Below, in pieces: positions 36,231-44,986 of a stretch of 55,438 nt of DNA. A program made the translations under genes and the position numbers. Source of the stretch: a bacterium (GTDB lineage: Bacteria; Bacillota; Clostridia; Christensenellales; SUG1161); assembly GCA_029006015.1 (NCBI GenBank), contig JAQXFY010000148.1, positions 1 to 55,438 on the forward strand, given 5' to 3'. Below the pieces are notes generated by a model. The model was not told where the DNA came from. It was given only the letters and a program-made list of their open reading frames with translations, and ran no database searches. Numbering within the stretch: position 1 is the first letter of the stretch; every line of letters starts with the position of its first letter.

Positions 36231-37012
36231 CAATTGTAAAGCATGAACTCAAACAAGGAAAAACAGCGTTTTTGATATGGCTTGCCTCCATCGGGTCCCT
36301 TTTAGGGGTTTGTATATTTTTATTTCCGGAAATGAAGGCGCAAATGGAAGGCATAAATGAAATCTTTTCTTCCATGGGCTCTTTCACTGCCGCCTTTGGG
36401 ATGGATCAGCTGAACTTTGGTTCATTAGTAGGGTATTATGCGGTTGAGTGTGGTAATGTATTGGGGCTTGGCGGCGCATTTTTTGCCGCCCTTTGCGGTG
36501 TGGATATTCTCAGCAAAGAAGAAAAGGGCAGAACGGCGGAGTTCCTTTTGATGCATCCTGTAAGCCGCAGGCGGGTGATTACCGAAAAGCTGATGGCGGT
36601 TATCATTCAGATTACAGCCATGAACCTAATACTATACGCGCTTTCGGTCGGCTGCATGGCGGCTATTGGGGAAAGTATTCCCTGGAAAACGATAACCCTT
36701 TTGCATTTGGCGTATTATCTGCTGCAGATCGAACTTGCGGGTATTTGCTTTGGCGTTTCTGCGTTTATACGCAAAAGCGGCATCGGCATCGGCCTTGGCA
36801 TTGCGGCTATGATGTATTTTCTAAATTTGATAGCCAATATTGCCGAAGTGGCAGAATTTTTAAAGTATATAACCCCCTTCGGCTATTGCGAGGGGGCAGA
36901 TATTGTTACAAATGGCAGCCTGGATGGTGTTATGGTAGTTATTGGGATGGGCTTGTGTATCATCGGCATTGCGGCGGCCTATCTGAAGTATACGCCCAAA
37001 GATATTCAATAA
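36227..37012 (+). CDS. ABC-2 family transporter permease
   Basis: 261 aa with 6 predicted TM segments. ATGA overlap with the ATPase gene. Confidence 0.8.
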   Translation: MTIVKHELKQGKTAFLIWLASIGSLLGVCIFLFPEMKAQMEGINEIFSSMGSFTAAFGMDQLNFGSLVGYYAVECGNVLGLGGAFFAALCGVDILSKEEKGRTAEFLLMHPVSRRRVITEKLMAVIIQITAMNLILYALSVGCMAAIGESIPWKTITLLHLAYYLLQIELAGICFGVSAFIRKSGIGIGLGIAAMMYFLNLIANIAEVAEFLKYITPFGYCEGADIVTNGSLDGVMVVIGMGLCIIGIAAAYLKYTPKDIQ

Positions 37013-37150
37013 GAAATTACAATAAAGCTTGGCAGCTGCCATAGGGGCCTTTGCTTATCCGGCGCTGGCATATCCTGCCCGCTTGTTTTTTAAATCACGG
37101 GGGAACGCCTGCTAAAACCATAGAATGAAGGGGAAAATCCATCCCCGGCC

Positions 37151-37197
37151 TTGCGGAGGGGTATTGGGGCAGTTATAATGTATACTAGCAGTATACA
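37151..37197 (+). promoter_or_regulatory. Promoter with overlapping 8-3-8 perfect inverted repeat (candidate operator)
   Basis: TTGCGG (37151-37156), 17 nt, TATAAT (37174-37179). TGTATACT (37179-37186), AGC, AGTATACA (37190-37197). Confidence 0.55.
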
Positions 37198-37216
37198 ATG
37201 AAATGGGAAAGGGAAG

Positions 37217-38458
37217 ATGCACATGGATATGCAAGCGGTTTATCAGGCACGGTGGAAGCGGGTGGCCGATGCCACCGCCATGAAGGAGCCCGATCGCGTG
37301 CCCATCATCCCCGTGATGGAGGCGTTTCCGGTCTATTATGGCGGGCAGACCATTCAGGCCTGTATGGAGGATTATACCAAGACGGAAGCCTGCTTCGATA
37401 AGTTTTTTGCCGATTTTAAGCCCGATCTCGGGTGGGACCCGGTTATGATCTTCCCCGCGCCCGCCCTGGCGGCCGTGGGCATCAACTGGTTCCGCTGGCC
37501 GGGAAACGGCATCGATAACCCCAACATCATGTACCAGTATATCGAAGATGAATATATGAAGGCCGATGAGTATGATGAGGCCATCTTCGATATGACCCAG
37601 TTTATGATGTCCAAATGGATGCCGCGCTCGTTTGCCAAGCTGCAGGGGCTTAAAAAACTGTATTTCAGAAATGCCATGTGGTTTGGCTTTTTGGGCACGC
37701 TGGGCAGCATCGATGACGAGGTGCTGGAAAGCTTTGAGGCCGCAGCCAAATCCGCGCGCGTCTTGGCGGGGTGGAATAAGTATCTGGCCGATTACCGCGT
37801 TAAAATGAAGGAGCAGTTTGGCATGCCGCTGGCCTATGGCGGGTTTGCCTATGCCCCCTTCGATATGATTGGTGATTCCCTGCGCGGCACGGAGGGCATT
37901 TTGTGCGATTTGTACGATCAGCCGGACAAGGTGCTTAAGCTGATCGATCACGTTACGGAATATGCCATCCAGGATCAGATCGCCGGGGCGACGGCTTCCG
38001 GCATCCCGTATGTATGGTTCTGGCTGCACAAGGGTGTGGACGAGTTTATGTCCGACGAAATGTATGCCAAATTCTACTGGCCCTCGCTGCAGCGGTATAT
38101 TGTGGCGCTGTGCGATGCCGGTTTGGTGCCTGTTATCTATGCCGAGGGGCGCAATACCACCCGCCTTAAATATTTTAAGGATGTGCCCAAGGGCAAGGTG
38201 ATTTACGATTTTGAAACCATGGATATGGCCCTGGCCAAACGGGAACTGGGCGATGTTGCCTGCATCGCGGGCAATCTGCACAACAGCCTGTTGACCTATG
38301 GCACGCCGGAGCAGATCATAACCGAAACGCGGCGCCTGATCGACACCTGCGCGCCGGGCGGCGGGTTTATGCTGGATACCTCCTGCCTGGTGGATGACGC
38401 AAAGCCCGAAAACCTGATGGCCATGTTTGAAACGGTGGAGCGCTACGGCCTTTATTAA
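37217..38458 (+). CDS. Uroporphyrinogen decarboxylase (URO-D) family protein (MtaA/CmuA-like methyltransferase fold)
   Basis: 413 aa. The C-terminal region ...VIYAEGRNTTRL...IAGNLHNSLLTYGTPEQIITETRRLIDTCAPGGGFMLD is typical of the family. The start may be ATG 37223 instead of 37217. Confidence 0.7.
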   Translation: MHMDMQAVYQARWKRVADATAMKEPDRVPIIPVMEAFPVYYGGQTIQACMEDYTKTEACFDKFFADFKPDLGWDPVMIFPAPALAAVGINWFRWPGNGIDNPNIMYQYIEDEYMKADEYDEAIFDMTQFMMSKWMPRSFAKLQGLKKLYFRNAMWFGFLGTLGSIDDEVLESFEAAAKSARVLAGWNKYLADYRVKMKEQFGMPLAYGGFAYAPFDMIGDSLRGTEGILCDLYDQPDKVLKLIDHVTEYAIQDQIAGATASGIPYVWFWLHKGVDEFMSDEMYAKFYWPSLQRYIVALCDAGLVPVIYAEGRNTTRLKYFKDVPKGKVIYDFETMDMALAKRELGDVACIAGNLHNSLLTYGTPEQIITETRRLIDTCAPGGGFMLDTSCLVDDAKPENLMAMFETVERYGLY

Positions 38459-38555
38459 ACCAGCCTTTTTAGGGCCCCGTTGGCTAAAACCGCGGGGCAG
38501 CCTGTACAGGGCAGCCTGTGGGCTGCTGATATTTTAGATAGTGGAGGGATATCCC

Positions 38556-39644
38556 ATGGCAAAAAAGATCCGTGTCGGCATCATCGGCACAGGCGGCATC
38601 GCCCATGCGCACATGCGCGCGTACATGAAAATACCGGAGGTTGAAGTGGTTGGCGGGGCAGATCTGATCCCCGGCAAGGCGGAGGCCTTTTTCAAGGAAT
38701 TTGGCGTGGAAAATGCCCGCTGTTTTACGGATTTCCATGATTTGCTCAAGTGCGATCTGGATGCCGTCAGCGTGTGCACCTATAACTCCACCCATGCGGA
38801 GTGCTCCATCGGCGCGATGGAGGCGGGGGTGGACGTGCTGTGCGAAAAGCCGATGTCCGTCACGCTGGAGGAAGGCGTGCAGATGACGCGCAAGGCCAAG
38901 GAAACCGGCAAAATCCTGTCCATTGGCTTCCAGCCCCGGTATGATCCGGATATGATCCTGGTCAAGGATATCGTGCAAAGCGGCGTGCTGGGCAACATCT
39001 ACTATGTGCAGACGGGCGGCGGGCGCAGGCGCGGCATGCCGGGCGGCAGCTTTATCCAAAAAAAGCTGGCCGGCGTCGGCGCGCTGGCCGATATCGGTTG
39101 CTATGGGTTGGATATGGCGCTCAATTCCATCGGTTACCCCAAGCCGTTGACCGTCAGCGCCTATGCTTCCAATTACTTTGGTACCAACCCCAAATATCAT
39201 CCGGAGGCCGATAAGTTCGATGTGGATGATTTTTCCGTTGCCTTTATCCGGCTGGAGGGCGGCATCGCGCTGGATTTCCGTATGAGCTGGGCCATGCATA
39301 TGGATACCATGGGCGATACGCTTTTCCTGGGCACCGATGCCGGGCTTAAGGTTAAATCCCCCGGACTGGGGTCCACCTGGGGCGGCGCGTGGGACGGCAC
39401 CATCGGCCCCATCTACCTGTACCAGGATGTGGCGGGGCAATGCAGCGAAACCGCGGTGCCGCTTAAAAATGAAGGGGTGGATCGCTTCTACCTGAAGGTG
39501 AAAAGCTTTGTCGATGCCGTGGCTGCGCACGGGCCGGCGCCCATCCCCGCCAGCCAGATTTTGTATAACCAGGCCATTATCGACGGCATTTACCGCTCCA
39601 GCCAATGCGGGCATGAGGTGGAAATCCACATTCCCGAGATTTGA
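38556..39644 (+). CDS. Gfo/Idh/MocA family oxidoreductase
   Basis: MAKKIRVGIIGTGGIAHAH Rossmann N-terminus. The start is taken at ATG 38556 behind GGAGGG. Confidence 0.85.
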   Translation: MAKKIRVGIIGTGGIAHAHMRAYMKIPEVEVVGGADLIPGKAEAFFKEFGVENARCFTDFHDLLKCDLDAVSVCTYNSTHAECSIGAMEAGVDVLCEKPMSVTLEEGVQMTRKAKETGKILSIGFQPRYDPDMILVKDIVQSGVLGNIYYVQTGGGRRRGMPGGSFIQKKLAGVGALADIGCYGLDMALNSIGYPKPLTVSAYASNYFGTNPKYHPEADKFDVDDFSVAFIRLEGGIALDFRMSWAMHMDTMGDTLFLGTDAGLKVKSPGLGSTWGGAWDGTIGPIYLYQDVAGQCSETAVPLKNEGVDRFYLKVKSFVDAVAAHGPAPIPASQILYNQAIIDGIYRSSQCGHEVEIHIPEI

Positions 39645-39668
39645 AAAAAGATGGTTTGATGGAAAAAA

Positions 39669-39695
39669 GGCAGGGGATGGCGCCCCTGCCTTTTT
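39669..39695 (+). terminator. Intrinsic terminator after the oxidoreductase gene
   Basis: GGCAGGGG-ATGGCG-CCCCTGCC, followed by TTTTT. Confidence 0.85.
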
Positions 39696-39998
39696 GTATG
39701 CGATTGGCCCGTTTGGGGGCGTGTAACCCCACGGGGCGGACCGTGGCTTAACCCATGCGGGTGCCGTTTGCATACACAGCAAAGCAGGCTGGGGTGCGTT
39801 GGCCCTGACGCGGGCCGGGCCAATGCCGGCTGGGCCGGAACACAATAAAAAAGCGCTGATGGCAATGGACGTTTTAATTTGTTCATATGGATGGCTTATA
39901 CTGAAATCGCAAGCGGTAGGCCCTTCCTTTTTCTTGACAGGCCAGGGGGGCGGTGATAGAGTATAAAAGGCGATCTTTGGCAATGCCGGAGAAGGGGA

Positions 39999-40745
39999 AT
40001 GGACGTGCCGGGCACATCGGTTCAGGTAACCTACCTTTATCATAGCGGTTTTATGGTCAGGACCCCAGGGCGGGTGATGGTTTTTGATTATTATCGCGAT
40101 ACGCCCGATGGCGGCAAACGCACGCTGGAATCGGGTGTTGTTGAGCCGGGGATATTTGCCCGGAACAAGGGGCTTGTGCTGGTCAGCCATGCGCATGAAG
40201 ATCATTACAACCCTGTTATCTTTAAATGGCGCGCGCCGGGCAGGGCGGTTGATTATGTGGTCAGCCGGGATGTGCCGGTGCGGGGCAGGGAGTGCACCTC
40301 GCTGGCGGCCGACCAGCAGGCCGAGGTGGATGGTGCGGTTATCCAGGCCTTTGGTTCTACCGACCAGGGCGTTTCTTTCCTGGTGCAGGCCGATGGCGTG
40401 TCCATCTTCCATGCGGGGGATTTAAATTTCTGGCACTGGAAAAACGAATCAACGGCGGCGGAGATTACCAAGGCCAAAGAGGATTTTTTATCGGTGATGC
40501 AATCGCTGGAAGGGCAGCACATCGATCTGGCCTTTTTCCCGGTGGACGCCCGTATGGGCGAAGGGTATGCCATGGGCGCTGCCTACTTTATTAAAAAGAT
40601 GGCGCCCAAGGTGTTTGTTCCCATGCATTTTACCGCCCACCCGGAAGGGGCTGCGCGTTTTGCCCAAAATATCAAGACGGATACGCGCATCTGGGTGCCC
40701 GGGCATCGCGGGCAGGAGGAAACATTTCAATTTGCCACCCGATAG
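39999..40745 (+). CDS. MBL-fold metallo-hydrolase
   Basis: 248 aa with the SHAHEDH motif. GGAGAAGGGG RBS. Confidence 0.8.
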   Translation: MDVPGTSVQVTYLYHSGFMVRTPGRVMVFDYYRDTPDGGKRTLESGVVEPGIFARNKGLVLVSHAHEDHYNPVIFKWRAPGRAVDYVVSRDVPVRGRECTSLAADQQAEVDGAVIQAFGSTDQGVSFLVQADGVSIFHAGDLNFWHWKNESTAAEITKAKEDFLSVMQSLEGQHIDLAFFPVDARMGEGYAMGAAYFIKKMAPKVFVPMHFTAHPEGAARFAQNIKTDTRIWVPGHRGQEETFQFATR

Positions 40746-40756
40746 GAGGATGCAAT

Positions 40757-41119
40757 ATGGTTTTTCGGATGGAGCATTTTAACCTGAATGTATCAAATCT
40801 GGATAAAAGCCTGGCCTTTTATCGCGAAGCTTTGGGCCTGCATGAGGTGCGGCGCCATCGCGGGGATGCGTTTACCCTGGTGTTTATGGCGGATGAAACC
40901 GGCAGCTTTTTGCTGGAGCTGACCTGCCTGGATGACCATCCGCAGCCCTACGAGCTGGGTGAAAACGAAATCCATATGGGCTTTCGTACCGATGATTATG
41001 CCGCAGCCCATGAAAAGCATAAACAGATGGGCGTTATCTGCTACGAAAACCCGGGGATGGGCATCTATTTTATCGAGGATCCGGACGGCTACTGGATGGA
41101 AGTGTGCCCGCAGGTTTGA
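40757..41119 (+). CDS. VOC family protein / glyoxalase I-like
   Basis: 120 aa: HFNLNVSNLDKSLAFYREALGL...ELTC...HMGF...GYWMEV. Confidence 0.85.
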   Translation: MVFRMEHFNLNVSNLDKSLAFYREALGLHEVRRHRGDAFTLVFMADETGSFLLELTCLDDHPQPYELGENEIHMGFRTDDYAAAHEKHKQMGVICYENPGMGIYFIEDPDGYWMEVCPQV

Positions 41120-41143
41120 CCGGGCAGGAAGGGAAAGGGCAGC

Positions 41144-41611
41144 ATGTTATATACGCAAAAGGATGATGCCGCGGCCAAGCGCCAGTTGATGCGCGTGTGG
41201 CTGGCGGTAGGGCTGCTGGGTGCGGTAGGGTGTGCGCTGATGGTTTGGGTCATCCTGTCGCTCCACCTGTGGGGCGCCGTCGGCATCGGGGTGATCTGGA
41301 GTTCCGGGTGCGTTTTCCTGTATTCTTTGTATGGTAAGCCCATCCGCCAGTACCGCCGGTTTTTATCACTGATGAGTGCGGGCCGCAAAAATACGGAGGT
41401 TTATCGTTTTGAGGCCATTTCGCCGGATATTTCCGTGCGCGAGGGCGTGTGGATGCACGAGGTCACCTTTACGATGGACGATGGGCAGGAGCGGCTTTTG
41501 TTTTTTGATGATAACAAGGAATTTCCCGCGCTGGAGGCGGGCAGCCAGGCATCGGTCACCTTTATTGGGCACTATATTTTTGATATCACGCCGGTAACGG
41601 AGCAGGAGTAA
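41144..41611 (+). CDS. Hypothetical membrane protein (155 aa)
   Basis: Two N-terminal TM helices then a soluble domain. GGAAGGGAAAGGG RBS. Confidence 0.6.
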   Translation: MLYTQKDDAAAKRQLMRVWLAVGLLGAVGCALMVWVILSLHLWGAVGIGVIWSSGCVFLYSLYGKPIRQYRRFLSLMSAGRKNTEVYRFEAISPDISVREGVWMHEVTFTMDDGQERLLFFDDNKEFPALEAGSQASVTFIGHYIFDITPVTEQE

Positions 41612-41613
41612 AA

Positions 41614-42012
41614 ATGGGAAAGCAAAAACGGGGGGCGCAGCAGCCCCATGTGGTGGTGTGTGTGACCACCCAGCGCAGCTGCGTGCGCCTGATTCAGGCC
41701 GGGGCCGAACAGGCCAAGCAGGAAGGATTGCCCCTTTCTGTGGTGCATGTGGCCACGGGCGATCAGCCCTGGCTGGGGGCGGACAACCCGGATGAGGTGT
41801 TGGATTTCCTCTTTCAGCAATCCAGCGCCGCAGGGGCGGATATGACGGTTATCCGCAGCCAGGATGCCGCGCAGGCCATTGCGGATTTTGCCCGGCAGAA
41901 CGGTGCACGGTATCTGGTACTGGGCGCCGCGCGCGGGGCGGAAGAGGGCGCTTTCGGGCGCAGGCTTAAGCAGATGCTGGGGGATACCAGCATCCTGACG
42001 GTTGAAGGATAA
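41614..42012 (+). CDS. Universal stress protein (UspA) family
   Basis: 132 aa: VVVCVTTQRSCVRLIQAG...ARYLVLGAARG. Confidence 0.7.
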   Translation: MGKQKRGAQQPHVVVCVTTQRSCVRLIQAGAEQAKQEGLPLSVVHVATGDQPWLGADNPDEVLDFLFQQSSAAGADMTVIRSQDAAQAIADFARQNGARYLVLGAARGAEEGAFGRRLKQMLGDTSILTVEG

Positions 42013-42038
42013 TCGCACCATACAAAGGAGGAATCGGC

Positions 42039-43439
42039 GTGGAACGCCTACAACTGGATTTTAACAACATGATGCAGGGCCAGATTGGGCCGCATGGCCT
42101 GACGGATGGGGATTTGGCGGCCATCGCGCCGCGTGTTTTGGCGGCGCAGCGCACCTTTATGGAGCAGCGCGGCCAGGGCATGATGGGCTGGACCAGCCTG
42201 CCTTATGAGCAGGGCGCGGTTGTAGAGGAGATCCTGGCTTATGCGCAGGATATCCGCGCCCGCGGCATCCGCAATTTTGTTGTGCTGGGCATCGGCGGTT
42301 CCTCGCTGGGGCCCATTGCCGTCCATCAGGCGCTTAACCACCTTCATTATAATGAACTGCCGGATGAAAAACGCCCCGGCCCCCGCCTGTATGTAGAGGA
42401 TAATATCGATCCCGAGCGCATGCGGGCGCTGATGGATATCATCGATGTGCGGGAAACCGTTTTCAACGTCATCTCCAAATCCGGCAACACATCGGAGACA
42501 ACCTCCCAGTTCCTTATTATCCGCCATGCGCTTAAGGAAGCGCTGGGCCAGGATTATGCCAGCCATATCGTGTGCACCACCAGCCGGGACAGCGGCAGCC
42601 TGGTAAAAATTGCCAGGGCGGAAGGCTTCCGGCTGTTTGCCATTCCCGATGGCGTGGGTGGGCGCTTCAGCGAAACCTGCCCCGTCGGCCTGCTGCCCGC
42701 GGCGGTATGCGGCATCGATATTGCCTCCCTGCTTGCCGGTGCGGCCGATATGGACAAGCGGTGCCAGCAGCAGGATATGCATCAAAACCCCGCGATGATG
42801 GCTGCGGCCCTGTCCGTGCTGTCGATGGAAAAGGGCATGAACATTTCCGTGATGATGCCCTATGCCGATTCGCTTCGCTATGTGGCGGATTGGTATGCCC
42901 AGCTGTGGGGCGAAAGCCTGGGCAAGCTTAAGGATACGCGCGGCAACATCGTGCGCGCGGGGCAGACGCCGGTTAAATCCCTGGGGGTAACCGATCAGCA
43001 TTCCCAGCTGCAGCTGTATGCCGAGGGCCCGCAGGATAAGGTCATTACCTTCCTGGCGGTGGGGGATTACCGCACGGGAATGCCCATTCCCAAGGATGGC
43101 GTTGGCATCGAAAGTACGGATTTCTTGTGCGGCCACAGCCTGGAGGAGCTTATCCAGGCCGAGCGCAAGGCGACGGCCTATGCCTTGACCCGCGCCGGCC
43201 AGATGAACATGACCATCACCCTGCCCACCCTGAATGCCCATACGCTGGGCCAGCTTTTGTATTATTTCCAGGTGCAGACGGCGCTGACCGGCTTTATGCT
43301 GGGGGTGGATCCCTTCGATCAGCCCGGGGTGGAAAACTCCAAAAACGCAACGTATGCCATGCTAGGCCGCGCCGGGTATGATGATAAGCGGCGCGAGCTG
43401 GAACAGGCCCCCAAGGCGGAGGAAAAATACCGCATCTGA
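42039..43439 (+). CDS. pgi: Glucose-6-phosphate isomerase
   Basis: GTG start behind AAAGGAGG. Sequence includes LGIGGSSLGP...ISKSGNTSET...GGRFS...DQHSQLQLY. Confidence 0.92.
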   Translation: MERLQLDFNNMMQGQIGPHGLTDGDLAAIAPRVLAAQRTFMEQRGQGMMGWTSLPYEQGAVVEEILAYAQDIRARGIRNFVVLGIGGSSLGPIAVHQALNHLHYNELPDEKRPGPRLYVEDNIDPERMRALMDIIDVRETVFNVISKSGNTSETTSQFLIIRHALKEALGQDYASHIVCTTSRDSGSLVKIARAEGFRLFAIPDGVGGRFSETCPVGLLPAAVCGIDIASLLAGAADMDKRCQQQDMHQNPAMMAAALSVLSMEKGMNISVMMPYADSLRYVADWYAQLWGESLGKLKDTRGNIVRAGQTPVKSLGVTDQHSQLQLYAEGPQDKVITFLAVGDYRTGMPIPKDGVGIESTDFLCGHSLEELIQAERKATAYALTRAGQMNMTITLPTLNAHTLGQLLYYFQVQTALTGFMLGVDPFDQPGVENSKNATYAMLGRAGYDDKRRELEQAPKAEEKYRI

Positions 43440-43471
43440 TGCCGGGGAGCAATCAATATAAGCGGGATATA

Positions 43472-43506
43472 AACGGCGCCGCCTGACAGGACGGCGCCGT
43501 TTTGCA
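43472..43506 (+). terminator. Intrinsic terminator after pgi
   Basis: AACGGCGCCG (43472-43481) / CGGCGCCGTT (43492-43501), followed by TTGCATT. Confidence 0.7.
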
Positions 43507-43883
43507 TTGCGTTTTTGGCTATCGTGGATGGGCTGCCGGGCTTGGCGGCAGGCATATGGGGCACCATTTTGCAGCTAAAGGCTTGGTGGTGCCGGTATGA
43601 AAAACCGGTGGACGGGCGAAAATCAAGCATATAGCTCATCCGGGGGCGGGCACGCTGCGGCCCCATGGCGGCCTGCGGGTGCCTGTTGTGTTATAAAATA
43701 TCGGGGCGAGAAAGGTTTATGGTCTATCTTATTATCGTATTTTGGCAAAATATTGGCCGGCTACTCTGATAAATCTGTCTTTTTGGGAAGGAAATTGCGA
43801 AAAAATACACAGAAATTTCATATTCCAAAGAGGAAAGCCGATGAGTACAATTAACGTGTAAGCAAAAGTAGGAGGCAAGTAAG

Positions 43884-44951
43884 ATGACAGTTCATCGCTC
43901 GCTGGGTGTCAAAGCGTTTGCTGTTGTGGTGTTGATGGTGATGCTGGCCAGTATGTTTGCGGGCTGCTCGCTGCTTCCCTCGGAGGAAGCGCCGCTGCCG
44001 CCACCGCTGTCTACCCCCAAGCCCATGCAGGTAACCACCAAGCCTGTTACCCGCAATACCATTTCCAACTATGTAACGGCGGAATTTGAATGCAAATCGA
44101 CCACCGAATTCCAGGCCAAAATGCCTATTGACGGTACGTTTAAACAGTTCTATGTGGAACAAAGGCAGTTTGTGTCCAGCCGCGCCAAGCTGTACGAGCT
44201 TGATCTTGGAGATCTGGATCTGGAACTGATGCAGATGGAGATTGACCTGCGCAGCAGCGAAAAGGCTTACAGCCAGGCCAAAGCTTCCGGTAACAAGGAT
44301 GCCACCGATCAAGCTTATGTTAAGTGGCAGACCATCCTGCGCGAATATAACGAGAAAAAAGCCATTTACGATCAGCGCGAGGCAACAACGCCCATCTCCG
44401 GCACCGTCCATTATGTCAGCGATGCCAGGCCGGGGGATTATATTCAGGCCGGCACGCTGCTGGTGCGCATCATCGATCTTACCTCGCTTCAGCTGGTGTT
44501 TGATGATGTTACCGTGGAGGGAGATGCAGCCAGGCAGTTTTTGACCAATGACGAGGTGGAGATTATCGTCGGCCAGGATCAGGACGGCAAGGATATCGTC
44601 GTCACGGGCACGGTTATCCAGGCGCCCAATGCCTTCGATAATGTGTTTGACAGCAACCCCACCATCGAGAAAAACAAAAAGCGGGTTATCGTTGAGTTCG
44701 ATCCGAAGTTCAGCACCAAGTTTATCTATGGCGCCCGTTTCAAGGTCCGCAAGCTGGTCAGCCAGCGCGTCAATACGTTGACGGTGCCCAAAGCCGCCAT
44801 TAACAACTATCAAGGCCGTACCTATGTGTATGTGCTGGATGAAAACGGCCTGCGCGTTGAGCGCGATGTGGTTATTGGCGCGAATGATGGCGCGATTGTG
44901 GAAATCCTTGACGGGTTGAGCGAGGGCGAAGAAGTCGTGACCTCCCGCTAA
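43884..44951 (+). CDS. Efflux adaptor lipoprotein (HlyD/membrane-fusion protein family)
   Basis: Signal peptide with lipobox LASMFAGC, a coiled-coil segment and a beta-barrel C-terminus. GTAGGAGG RBS. Confidence 0.85.
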   Translation: MTVHRSLGVKAFAVVVLMVMLASMFAGCSLLPSEEAPLPPPLSTPKPMQVTTKPVTRNTISNYVTAEFECKSTTEFQAKMPIDGTFKQFYVEQRQFVSSRAKLYELDLGDLDLELMQMEIDLRSSEKAYSQAKASGNKDATDQAYVKWQTILREYNEKKAIYDQREATTPISGTVHYVSDARPGDYIQAGTLLVRIIDLTSLQLVFDDVTVEGDAARQFLTNDEVEIIVGQDQDGKDIVVTGTVIQAPNAFDNVFDSNPTIEKNKKRVIVEFDPKFSTKFIYGARFKVRKLVSQRVNTLTVPKAAINNYQGRTYVYVLDENGLRVERDVVIGANDGAIVEILDGLSEGEEVVTSR

Positions 44952-44986
44952 CCCTCCTGAAATTTAATTGAAAGGAGGCGGGTTCC

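Noticed and set aside
38499-38530. Direct repeat GGGCAGCCTGT-ACA-GGGCAGCCTGT between the URO-D-family and oxidoreductase genes.
   Set aside because: There are only two 11-nt copies and no spacer-repeat periodicity. It is not a CRISPR or tandem array and is most likely chance or part of a weak hairpin.
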